Origin: Lytechinus pictus
Lineage: Eukaryota
Length of the DNA stretch: 60,000 nt
NCBI RefSeq assembly: GCF_037042905.1
Contig: NC_087252.1
Span: 4,280,001-4,340,000 of the forward strand
Direction of reading: 5' to 3'
This document shows positions 39,611 to 53,179 of the stretch, one piece after another. The notes beneath the pieces are model-generated. The model saw nothing but the letters and a program-made list of their open reading frames with translations, was not told the DNA's origin and ran no database searches. A program made the position numbers and the translations under genes. Numbering within the stretch: position 1 is the first letter of the stretch; the number at the start of each line of letters is the position of its first letter.

Positions 39611-42600
39611 GTAAGTGTCATTTATCTCCCTTGACAATACATTTTACTGTGGGTGCGGGTGGGCGGACGGGCGGGTGTGTGTGTTGCCTTTGGGGTGGCG
39701 GGAGTTCCTTCTTTTTTCTTTAAACTGTGCAATCTGATGCATATCTAAGGAGGATATTTTATACTAAAAATGTGCAAGCTGGGGCTACCCAGAAATCGGG
39801 GTACGCTTGTAACGATTCGACCAAACTGGAAAATAGCGCATAATTTTATGAAATCGGAAGAGTAACTATGAAAATATGCACGCCCAAAAAATCTTTGCAA
39901 ATAAAAAAAAAACATACTAACGTTATATTATATGCTACATTTCTTATTATCCAATAGTAGGAACAAAATACCCAGACATATGAAACAATGGAACAAAATG
40001 ATCAAGTATGGGAGGCAATGGTGTCGGTTTGTTTTGGCATGTTTGGTGATGGGGAGGTGATCATCGATATTTCCAGACACATGAATTTAAGGTGGCACAC
40101 AGTAATGGTTGGCCTATCATGATAATGACAGTTATTTGAATAAGGAGAGAGAGCCATTTTGAATAAGGAGAGAGTCATTTTGAATAAGGAGAGGGCCGTT
40201 TTGGATAAGGAGAGAGTCATTTTGAATAAGGAGAGGGCCGTTTTGGATAAGGAGAGAGTCATTTTGAATAAGGAGAGGGCCGTTTTGGATAAGGAGAAGA
40301 CCATTTTGAATAAGGAGAGGGCCACTTTGAATAAAGAGAAAGCCATTTTTAATAAGGACAGAGCCATTTGTAATAAAAAGAGTGTCATTTTGAATAAGAA
40401 TAGCACCATTTCGATTAAGAAGAGTGCTATTTTGAATTCAGAGAGAGAGAGAGAGAGCCATTTCGAATAAGGAGAAAGTCTCTTTTCATAGGGTGATACC
40501 AGATTTGAATAAGGAAAGAGTAATTTTGGATACTGAGAGAGCCATTTTGAATAAGGGGAGAGTCATCCTGGATAAAGAGAGGGTCATTTTGGAAACTGAG
40601 AGATTAGTTTGAATAAGGACAGGCCCATTTTGAATAAGAGTGATTTTGAATAGGGAAAGCGCCATTTTGAATGAGAGAGTGGTTTGAATTTATTAATAAA
40701 CCTCATTCACTATAAGACTTGAATATTTCGTTTTACAATGTATGCAAAAACAACATAAAAATAATTATCAGAGCTTATCGTATACAACAGTAATACGTCC
40801 TTTAATTTGTACGCATCATGAAATTTAGAATGATTTTCCAATTAATTTAAGGAAAATTAGATTTGTATATACTTCTATGTGAAAAAAGAAAACAATGTTT
40901 TGAAATATAACATAAGGAAAGTATGACATAATACAATATAACAAAAATTTGCTACTAAATTAATGAATTTTTAATCTAACTTTGTTGGATGCAACATTGA
41001 AGATCGATTTAAATACACCGCCTTTTAGTTAGGGACGAATCCAGGATGTTATGATCATTGAGGGGAGGGTGACGGGGGAATGAATCTAAAATCTTGGGAG
41101 AATATTTTTGGCGGCGTATAGGCAAGGGCGGAAATCTCTCCCCAAATGTAGAGGGACCAGAGGCTGGAAAATTTGACAAGCAAAAAAAAAAATAAAGAAA
41201 AAAAGGTTATCACCCCAAATGTAAGGTCATTTCGAACGAAATAAATTTTACAAGCAAAAAAAAAGGTTATCATCCCAAATGTAAGGTCGTTCTGATCAAA
41301 ATAAATTTGACAAGCTTAAAAAAAGGAGGGGGGTATTACCCATATTTTTAAGGCAATCTTAAATAGATGTTTCATTTCCATTTTAGGTGATCTATTTCTT
41401 TCCATCATAAAATACCAAAAAATAGTAAGGGGATATTTGGTATTGTGTCCCCCTACTATTTTGGGTAGGGGGACGCGTCCCCCCCCCCCCCCCGCCCTGG
41501 GATTTCCACCCATGCGTATAGGCCCAACTGGCATAACGCATCAGGATCAGGTGGTCACTTCTAATCAATTGATTGGCAATAGCTTTATCACGTGAAGTTG
41601 TTTTAAGCTAATATAAAAATTTGCTTATGACTTTAACGGCTGGTTCTATTTGCCGGTATTAATGTTTTGGATGAAAATGTTTCTTTTTAGACCAGGATCC
41701 ACTTCACTATTTTGTAAAACATTATGATCCCGATTATGATAATCTTATTTTGATCGGGCGTGTTAGAACTGCTACAGGGGTCAAGTTAAACCGCATACAT
41801 TCGTAATTCCGAAGCTTCGTTATTCCGAAGGTTCGGATATTCCGAAGGTTCGTAATTCCGAAGGTTCGTTTATCCGAAAACGAAATGAGGTTCGTAATTC
41901 CGAAGGTTTGTTAATCCGAAAACGAAATAAGGTTCGTAATTCCGAAGGTTCTTTAATCTGAAAACGAAGTGAGGTTCGTAATTCCGAAGGTTCTTAATCC
42001 GAAAACGAAACGAGGTTCGTAGTTCCGAAGGTTCGTTAGTCTGAAAACGAAATGAGGTTCGTAAGTCCGAAGGTTCGTTAATCCGAAATCGAAATAAGTT
42101 TCGTTCATCCGAAGGTTCATTAGTCCGAAAACAAAACAAGGTTCGTTAATCCGAAAATTAAATAAGGTTCGTATTTCTGAAAATGAAATTAATTCATTTT
42201 GGTAACAAAAACGATGTTGTCCTTACAAGATAACAGGATATTATGCAATAATAGTTATAACGAACGATGATACACGTGTGTGTTGTGGTCAAAGCATGTA
42301 TTGATTTAAGAATAGGCGCCCGGATCAAGCATACGCTTAATTACGATTCTATCTGAGCAATTGCTGCCCAAGCAAATGGTTTAAAGATGCAGGGGATTAA
42401 GTGTGTTGGTCGCGTGCGAGTAACCTCCAGATAATAGGATTTGTATTGGAGGGGATGTCATTTTTAATAAGAGCTTCTGCTGGTAATAAAATAAAAATAA
42501 TCCTAATGATGATCATAATAATCCCAAACGATGATCATAATAAAAATGGTGATAAAGAATATAAATGTTAATAAAATTATATTGATCGTTACGCCTAGTG

Positions 42601-45600
42601 TAACAATTTTTAATCCGTTTTTCATGATTACAAAAAATGCTCGGAATGTTTACTTTTTATGTGGTAGTTGTGGCCCAGTGGATTAGTCTTCTAACTATGA
42701 AACAGATGGTCGTAGGTTCGAATCCCAGCCATGGCGTAATTCCTTCAACAAGAAATTTATCCACACTGTGCTGCACTCAACCCCCGTGAGGTGAATGGGT
42801 ACACGGTATGAAGAAATTAATTAAATGCCTTCCTTTGGGCGCCTAGCTAGGCAGCCCAGCTAATGCCGTGGTAATAATAATAGCAGGGCCCACTAGGAGA
42901 ACAGTTTTCAGAACTGAAGTGACTACCCTTGGTAAATAATACCATTATTATTATTATTATATTATTATTATCATGTCTTATTAGGCCTACATGAAATCTC
43001 CAAAGTTTGAGCTAGTGATTCGCTCGCAATATCTCACAAGGATGCCCCAGTAATTAGGTCCATAATTGACCAAAAAGCGAGTTTTATAACTTCAGATTTG
43101 ATTTTTTTCCAAACCACTTGCTCGCTACGCTTGCTTGCGAAAATAAAACCTTAATATTTATCTTATCAATCAAAAATAAATTTAAAAAACTTTGCTCAAC
43201 TCAATTAATGCCAATAAATCCAACTTTACACAAATGATAATCTTATGGTGAAAATATCCGTTTGCACCAAAATGCCCGTTTTGGCATATAAGTGCACCTT
43301 TTTTGGCTTCCCCCAAAAAAAGGAAAATACGTTCCGCCGGCCTTGGTTGAAACATGTATCGTCTTCATGGCTAACTGCAAAAATCCTTTGACATGTCCTT
43401 TTTAGATCAGGTCAGAGCTTACAATTAAAATTTCTGTTCGCGCTTCTTGCTCGCAGCTGTTATCTAGTTATATAGCCATCTTGTTTTGAAGATCACAAAC
43501 ATATTGCCCATCACATTTTCAACAAAATATATAGCTCGCGCTTCGCGCTCGCATTATTTAAAAAGGGTTTATGATATTATTACATATTTACTTTATTTTA
43601 TAAGAATATAGCTAATTATAGGCTGTTAGGACTACCCTTTCAAAGAAATAAACAAAAATCAACTTTAAGCTGCTGATCGGGGAAATTATGGGTGAAAAAA
43701 AATTCGCCTCCCAACTATTGGCGAAAGTTGGATCCGCCAGGGGGAGGGTAGCAGGGGGCACTTGCACCCCCCTAAAAAAAAATTACAGGGAAATGCTATT
43801 TGTGCACAATGGTAAATTCCCTTTTTTCAAAATAAATACTCTTTTTAAAATATACATTTTAGATTAATTTTTAGGAGAAGCTCTTATTAAAAATGACATC
43901 CCCTCCAATACAAATCCTATTATCTGGAGGTTACTCGCACGCGACCAACACATTTAATCCCCTGCATTTTAAACCATTTGCTTGGGCAGCAATTGCTCAG
44001 ATAAAATCGAAATTAAGCGTATACTTGATCCGGGCGCCTATTCTTAAATCAATACATGCTTTGGCCACAACACACACGTGTATCATCGTTCGTTATAACT
44101 ATTATTGCATAATATCCTGTTATCTTGCAAGGACAACACCGTTTTTGTTACCAAAATGAATTAATTTCATTTTCGGAAATTTGAACCTTATTTGATTTTC
44201 GGATTAACGAACCTTATTTCGTTTTCGGACTTATGAACCTTCGGATTAACGAACCTTATTTTGTTTTCGGATTAATGAACCTTCGGAATAACGAACCTTA
44301 TTTCATTTTCGGATTATCGAACCTTCGGAATAACGAACCTTATATAGTTTTCGGATTAACGAACCTTCGGAACAACGAACCTTATTTCGTTTTCGGTATA
44401 ACGCCACAAATGTTCGGATTAACGAATCCTTTTTCGTTTTCGGATTAACGAACATCGATGTATAGGCAATTTACGTGTTTCGGAATTACGAACCTTCGGA
44501 ATAAAGAACCTTCGGAATTACGAAGTGTAACCAAGTTAAACGTCATTTGTTTTTATCTTCGTCTACAGCATTTAACCTTTTAACCGAGGAATCAATTACA
44601 GCAGTGCTTGGGAGAAACGTCTCGCTTCCCTGCAGTTTCTCTGTTCCTGTACTTGCAGTTTACTGGTATAAACATGAGTTCAGTGGAGCTCCAGACGATG
44701 ATGCAATACTCATTGCAAGTGACTATATGGGATTTACAGATCCTATACCAGGTTTTGAGCGGTTTAGAATTGGAGACGACTATAGATTGGTGATAAACGA
44801 TGTCTTGCTTCTCGACGAGACAACCTATTCATGTATTGTTGTACCTCACCACTTTGACAATCAAAGAGGATATACCGACCTGAGGGTCATAGGTAAATGT
44901 AACAGTTTTTAAGAAATATTTATACAATTTTCTTATCTGTAAATAAAGGTTTGAGCACTGAGTGAATTTTTAGTTGGCCCTGTTACCAAAATGTCAGGTA
45001 AACAAGTCAAGGGGGTATGATTATCTGAAAAAAATTAAGGCGAAAATATCACATGCAAAATGTCAGAGAAATCGTAATTAGAATGTTCAAATAAGAATGT
45101 ATGAAGGAAATTTTGAAGGAACATTTTCTGAGAGAAGATTCCTTGGGGAAGGTGTCATTGGTTAAACATGTCAGCTTTATAAATTAAAAAAAAAACTATA
45201 ACAGAATTACATGTACGTTTTTTAATTCATCTCAGTTGAAGGCAGGGGCGTTACGGGGGTCGATGGCAGGGAGGGGGGGGGGGGCAAGAGCCAAACATTT
45301 CCCTCTCATATCATGTGAACATAATTTCGACGAATGTACGCGAGCATCAGCGAGAAGCTCTATGCGGGAGTAGCGTGGTGAGTAAAAAAAACTGACGGTG
45401 CATCGATCAGGTGTGCGAAAAGTTTCTTAATCAAAAGTCCCGAGCGAACAAAGCGAGCGCGACAAAAAAAGTCCACCTTCTTCTTACAATCTTATATAGC
45501 TCTTGACATGATACTCAGATAAATAACATGTTTTACACGGTTCCTTTCTTTTATTTCTTTTCGCCTTTTCTTTGTTGTTCTTGGTCGTAAAACTTTTGGG

Positions 45601-48600
45601 GCCGAAGCCTTCCGTTTGTACGCCAGTACTACTTGGATGGAGTCTGGGTGCACACCTCTTGAGATTCAGTCATTTTCAATCAAAGATGACCGATATTCTT
45701 AACGAAATCCCGGGTGCACATGTAGGTTAAACCAAAAAAAAATATTACTTCAACGCAGTGGCGTAATAAGCCAAATATTTTGAAGGGTACAACAGATGGT
45801 GAATGTAGGGAAATTTCTAAGACACGGCGAGCGAATGAAGCAAGAGAGAATTTTTGGCATTTAAAAAATGAAATTCTGGCCTAGCAAGGGATAAAGCCAA
45901 TGCATGGGCGGCATTGACTGCGTCCGTTATAGAAATTTAGCAAGCCTATAATAATATACTTCATAAACAATGTCATATGCCATCCCATTCTTTCTTCACG
46001 TTCTGTATTTCTAATCCTCGACAGCCCCTCCGTATTCTAAATCCACCTTTTTCCCTTTTGTTCATTTTTTCAGTTTAGCTTTTCCCCTAGGATTTCAGCA
46101 AAATCTATTCTACATCATTTCCTGTTTCTTTTTGGATCTTTTCTTTCCCTTTCCTGCAATGAATACCCGTTCCATTTTGCCATCTCTTTTCCCACTCATT
46201 TATGAGTAATTTGGGATGCCTTGTCCTTTCTCACTAGTCATGTTCTTCTTTCCTTTCTTTTTACCTTTCTACTCTTTATGTTATTCATTTACCTTTACTT
46301 TTTCCCTTTTCATTTCCTTTTTTTTTCCATTTTCCCTTTTTTCATTTTCCCGGCGATAACGCAGGCCATCCTGGGGCCACCCCCACTTGAAATATTGTGG
46401 GAGATATACCCCCCCCCCCTCCCCTGTGATCAGCATCCATTAATGACATACACACCCTCTCAATTTTTTTGCTTGATAGCTTTAGCTAATCCACAAGTAC
46501 CAATTATATCATCATGTGAGACTACTGAGCCAGGTAGATGCTCCTTTATTATTGAGGAGGACGAAGAAGGAGTTACACTTGACTGCAATATTTATAATGC
46601 CCGACCTCCAGCAAATGTGACGTGGACGAGCAGTGATGGCAGTGTGAAGAACAATACAGAACAACAAATTTACGAGAAAGATGGGGTTTTCAACATATCA
46701 TCACAGCTTTGGGTATGTAGCCTTTTTTGTTATCTACGTTCAAAGTTTGAGTAAAGGTAAATATGTGTAATCTACGATACATATCTATTCATTTATCGGT
46801 TTTAATTATTTTATACTGCAGGGTAGGCCTGTTCAGTTATGCAAAACTGCTTTCCAAAGGCGCTTCAACATCATAGCAAATCAATGTATGTAACATATGA
46901 TATAGTAAAAACAGAAAACATTATATACATATAGAGTGAAATCAACAATTACTCATGGAATCATTACATTTAGATCAAGTTATTCAGTTTAATTACATGT
47001 ATGACAGTCAGAATTTTAATGATTTACAGTGTTTTTCAAATGCATGGAGGGACGTGCATTTTGTGTATACAATGGAGAGAATTAAATACGACGGCAGCAA
47101 CATATTCAAAAGATTTTCTTTAATAATCTGCCAGCGTATTGGAAGGGGACATAGTTCAGAATGTCGTGTTTTATAAGTTACATTACGTTTGCAGATAAGG
47201 CTAAATCGTTTTGTGTTTTGAAAGCAAGAACACAAAATTGATATTTGATACGTTCCTCCACTGTTTGCCATTTGAGTGTAGACAACCATTCATGTTGGGG
47301 AGTAAGATAGTCCTTATTCAAAATTATTCGGGCATACTTATTTTGCAGTTTTTGTATCTTATTTTTGTACAATAATCAATGTAAGGTAAACTCATGCCAA
47401 AATATAAATTCTTATGAATTTATATCTGAGAGCAGGACATTTTTAAGCAGCATTTACATTCGTGAACATTTATCCGGAACTTAATGAATAATAGGAGCGC
47501 GAAGCGCGATTTGATTTTTTAAAATTATCTTTATCTCAACGTGGAGCGTTGTGGCCCAGTGGATTAGTCTTCGGACTTTGAAACAGAGGGTCGTGGGTTC
47601 GAATCCCAGCCATGGCGTAATTTCCTTCAGCAAGAAACTGATCCACAGTGTGCTGCACTCAACCCAGGTGAGGTAAATGGGTACCGGTAGGAAGTAATTC
47701 CTTAAAAAGCTGTGTGCGCTATGAACGCCTAGCTTAGCCGGGTAATATAGGAGCGCCTTGAGCACCTAACAAGGTGGATATGTGCGCAATATAAATACCC
47801 TATATTATTATTTATCCTTCTTCGTATTATAATTATTTTTTTTTTCAAATACTACTTCTACTGCTACAGGTACTTCTTCTATATTTTTCTTCTCCTCCTC
47901 CACCTCCTGCTCGTCTTTGTCCTTCTTTTGTCTTGTTTTTCTTTTTTTCTTCTTCTTTTTCTTATACTCATCTTCCTCCTTCTTATTTTTTCCCTTATTT
48001 CTTTTACTTGTTTTACCCCCGAACCCCGTTTACTGTTTACTGCTGTTTAAACATAAAAATCATAGGCTAAGTACTATTTTAATATTACTTAAATTCTTAT
48101 TCAATATTGTATTTGAATATTCGGTCCTATTCCTTGTTAAGCGAGATAGTATTTAGGGGTACGATTAGTTATGCCAACACTCTGGAAAAAGGGATTAGTG
48201 TTCGCTATATTTTTGTCAATTTGTAGGTAAGCCCATTAACATGTAAAAGTCACAATTTAAAAACACACTGCTCATTTAAAAATTGTGTACCTGGATGCTA
48301 TCCCCGTTAACACAAACGCATCATAAAAACATAATTATGCTAGCTCAAACCTATGGATATATTTCTTAAGTATTTTTTTTTTCTAAATGTATGGCCTTAA
48401 TATTAATTAAACATTTTTTGCATAAATTTTTGCTATTATATTTTGAACATGTAATTTATATGTACATGTGCGTTTCTTTCTTGGGAACATTATCAAATAT
48501 CTTTTTAAAGCCTAAAGAGAACATTTTTTTAAACAATTTCAAACAGTTCAGACGCAACATTATACAAAAATATTCATAATAAATATAACGTCGTATCATT

Positions 48601-51600
48601 GCTTTAAAAACAAATAAATGGAGAACAATTTTGAAACCTCTTGGAAGTGTTTATTAACATTATTTTCTAGGTGGGTACATCGTTCGTTCGCAGATTGTCT
48701 TTTCACGTCGTATAGAAGTATAATATCGCTCTTTAAAGCAGTGAGAGCCAGAAAGTACTGGAGAGTGGGATCTAAGATGAATTGAATAAATGAATAAATA
48801 GATAAATGAAATGAAATAAAATAAATGTAATAAAATGAGAGTAATATAAATGATTACATGGCGGTCCTTTTCTACTGAGGTCAATAATAATGTCAATAAT
48901 TAATTTCTTTTTCGACTGATGTCATAACAACGTTTTCATTGATCCTAAACAGGTATCAATAAATGAAATAGGAGAGGATTTCGTATGCGTAGCTACTGGT
49001 GAAAGTGTCAATGGCACGTCAACGCTGGTGGTGACTGTCAAGTATTTGCCAGGTACGTCATATCTTGATATTTCGTCAAATTAATGATGATTATATAAGA
49101 CAGCTATACAGAATTATGACACATTACTTATGTTACTTGCTCGAATAAACCCTTACCCCTATATTTACATTATTGTGAACCAAATACTCTTTTGCAATCG
49201 TAACTATAACCATATGTCATCTAAGACCGGAGCTATTGCTGCAGTAGAAAATGCCGTATCACCTTTATTTTGGGGGACGAAAATTATCTTAATTTCATGG
49301 TGAACCATTTATTTATTTTTTAAAATAAATATTTATTTATTATATTTCTTTGCTTGTCAATTTCCTTTTCTTGCTTGTCCAGTTTAAACCAGCATCCCTG
49401 TAAAACTAAAAATCGTTTCCAGGGCCCTGGACAAATCCCTCCCTTGGAAAAAAGCTAAATCCGCCCCTGTGTAGGATTCGTTCTGTATTGGCTTCATTTC
49501 AATCGCTATATTTAGATAAACGTGTAAGTCTTCAGCACAAATTACCTTAATGTTTTGCATATTTAAAGCAGTGGTAGTTCTAATGTATATCTATCTATCA
49601 ACAGAGATTGGTCTATCAAGCGGAAGTACAGCTTGGATTGCAACAAGCCTACTTTTCTTAGTCATTATTGCTGTGCTTACCATCGTCTATATTCTTCGGA
49701 AAAGTGAGTTCAATTTTCAATTTAAAAATGAAATGAATGAAGTTTCTCGGTCATCTTTGAAAATATATTTGAAATGAACTATTTAAAGAAATTTGAAAGG
49801 ACATCATTTCAGTTTATCTTACATTCAAATTTATTTTGATTATAACATATTTTAAAAGGCGGCCGTTACTTAAACATTTTGATTTGTTACATCAGTATTG
49901 GTTTTAATCTTATTAAGATACCTAAAGTTCTGTCAAACGGAATTTTCAATATCGACAGAAGGAGAGAGAGGAGAAAAGTCAAGGAGCTTGGACAATATAT
50001 ATAACTAGGACCATCGATTCATATTTCCATCGACAATGGGGGCGAAAGTAAAACAATACACATGTATTTATGTATTGAACTTTTCGGAACGCTTTGTGTG
50101 CCAAATTGTAATATAGAATTACAATTTTGTAAGTTCAACTACTATTTTTATGCCAAGCTTAGTAGGGTTTTTGTATATTTATTTACATTTTACATATTAT
50201 GAATTGTTTTGTTCAAGTTGTCAAAATGATGTTTAGGGCAAATAGATATGTTTGCGCCAATATTTCCATTAGGGTTATCCTCCCCCTCCCCCCCCCCCCC
50301 CACGGATGTATTCCTCTGGATATGAACAGTATTTAAAGGTAAATGCCAGTTTTGGTAACGATATCAAAATGAGTTCGTACAGAATCCAATGAAATGACCA
50401 CCAAAGTGTATGTTTGTATAAATAAAGAATGTGCTAAAGGATTCTGGAAGAAATTGTGTAATTGCTGAGAAATTAGCAAATAAGCACAGGGGTCAAGCGT
50501 CGGGCACGACATTCAAAGCAATAACAACACACTGTCCCACGTGCGCTTATCTGTGTTGGTGATCTTCAGTGTGAATATTTTTCAGCGTATATTTCAAGAT
50601 TTCACAAAGTTCAGTTTATGTAACTGTACCAGATCTACATCCTCGATGATATACTGACAATTAAGCCTGGTTTTACAGACTTTCTCATGAATCAGTGTTT
50701 ACTGCAACTACTGGCATTTCTCTTTAAATAACATAGATTTAGATATAGCCTAGATTTATGCGGTAATGGGTTTGCTCCTCAGAAATCATGTCTCCGCTCC
50801 ACAAGGGTTCGCAATCCTTGGTTCAATGAGGAAATCCTTACTGCGCATCAAGAAAGAAGACGGATTGAACGGAAATGGATCAAAAGTTCTTCAGACACTG
50901 ATCACACATCTTTTAAGCTAGCTAACAAGCATGTTAACGACCTCATAGTTAAGGCTAAGCAAAATACTATACGGAGTTACTCTGTAAAGCCAATGCCAAA
51001 ACAGTTTAATTTAATGTTGTTAATAATCTGCTCCACAAGAATGTTAAATTTCTCCCTGTGTATGATAATCCTCTTGATCTAGCAAATCGTTTTTCTTTGT
51101 TCTTTGTCAAGAAGATAAGTGATATCCGCAACAATGTCACAAATACACCTGAACCAAGAAGTGTAGATAGTCAAGAAGTCAGTTCTTTTCATGAAAGTAT
51201 GTTGAATTGTTTTGAAGTTGTCAGTGAGGATAATATCGAACGCATTGTGAGCAATATGTCTAATGCCACTTCTTTAACAGATTCTCAACCAATTGCAATA
51301 TTCCTTCGCTCATTATCATCGGGTACATTTCCAGATGGTGTTCATCAGGCTATAGTGACACCAATATTCAAGAAAAAACAATCTGAATAAAGACACATTA
51401 TGTAATTATAGGCCTGTTAGTAATATTTCACATATTGCTAAAGTGATAGAAAAGGTAGTATCAATTCAACTAACAGAACACGTAAATTATAATGGTTTAT
51501 ACGATCCAATGCAGTCAGCATATAGATCCCATTTCAGCACTGAGACAGCCCTTTTGATATTGCAGAATGATGTTCTTTCATATTTTGATCAGCATAAGTG

Positions 51601-53110
51601 TGTTTTCTTCGTCACATTGGACCTAAGTGCAGCTTTTGACACTGTGGATCATACCATACTACTGAATCGCTTAAAATCTCGATTTTACATATCTGGTCTA
51701 GCTCTTAAATGGTTTAAGTCTTACCTGACTGGTTGGTCATCTAGGGTAAGCATAGCCGGAGAGTTGTCTGACCCGTGGGTCACTGAGTTTGGGGTACCCC
51801 AAGGGTCAGTTATCGGGCCGATTCTGTTTAGTTTGTATATCACTCCCATCTCTGACATTATCAATAAACATGGTCTACAGTATATTTGTTATGCAGATGA
51901 TGTACAACTGTATTGTTCCTTTGACCCGCGCTCTTTTGATAACATAAATAAAACACTTGAGAAAACCTCTTTTTGTATTTCAGAAATAATTAGGTGGATG
52001 TCATCTAATTATCTCCAGCTGAATAATACCAAAACTGAATTCATAGCTCTCTGTTCTTCTGCCCGCCATCTGCAATCAATATCACATATTCAGCTTAATG
52101 TTAATGGTCAATGCATCCCCATCTCCACTAAAACTTCTGTTCTTGGAGTATGCATTGATAACATGTTCACACTGTCTGCTCAAGTAAATCAGGTTGTCCG
52201 CAATTGTAATTATCATCTCAGCAATTTGTGGAGGATTCGTAGATTCATTGATCTTAAGACATGTCACCGTGCTGTGCGAGCACTTATTCTTTCTCGGGTA
52301 GATTACTGTAATAGTTTATATACTGTTTTGTCAGCTAGAGATAGAAGAAAACTTGAGGTTATTCAGAATCGTGCCGCTCGATTAATTTTTGGCTTTGGAT
52401 CCCGAACTCATACTACACCCCTACTTAAGAAACTCCACTGGCTACCTCTATTCCAAAGTATTCAGTTTAAAGTCTGTTTATATGTATACAAAACTCTAAA
52501 TCATCTAGCACCTGAATATTTTAATAATACCATCAAATTATACACACCATCTCGTAATCTTCGTTCAATCACTGACACATGCAGACTTTACATTCCCTTG
52601 TCAAAACTCTCCTCTGCCGAAAAACGGTTTGCTGTAGCAGCTGCCAAGACTTGGAATACTATCCCTCTTTCAATAAGAAATGCTTCCAGTGTTCTTGGCT
52701 TCAAATCTTCCCTTAAGACATACCTTTTTCCTCAATAATTAATTTCCCTTTTTATCTTGAATATTGTAGTAATTATTGCAAATGTTAAATTGTTATTCCT
52801 ACATTGTACGCGCTATGGTACTTTTTGTTTTTAGCGCCTCTAAATACCCATTATTATTATAGGCAGTTCAACAATTTCTTTTCAAAATATAATCAAAGTA
52901 ACAATACATATTCAATATAATACAGACAGATCAATGAAATTTCTTAACAAATGTTGAATATAAATTAAACAAAACTACAGTGTGTTGCAATAATTTTATC
53001 TATGAAAATAATGTAGAAATGAACGGAGGGACTTGCCAAGAAAAGCAAAAACTTGTAGAGAAGGCAAGCCCCTAAACTTAGTTTCAATACTAATTATAAA
53101 CTATATATGT

Positions 53111-53179
<69 letters not shown>

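Noticed and set aside
36370..44532. CRISPR-like regularly spaced TTCCGAAGGTTCG repeats
   Set aside because: Eukaryotic context, no unique spacers or cas genes; the arrays are inverted subterminal repeats of a foldback element.
47541..47612. tRNA-like sequence (also at 42660 and 4425)
   Set aside because: It continues into a SINE core and tail and occurs as multiple degenerate copies.
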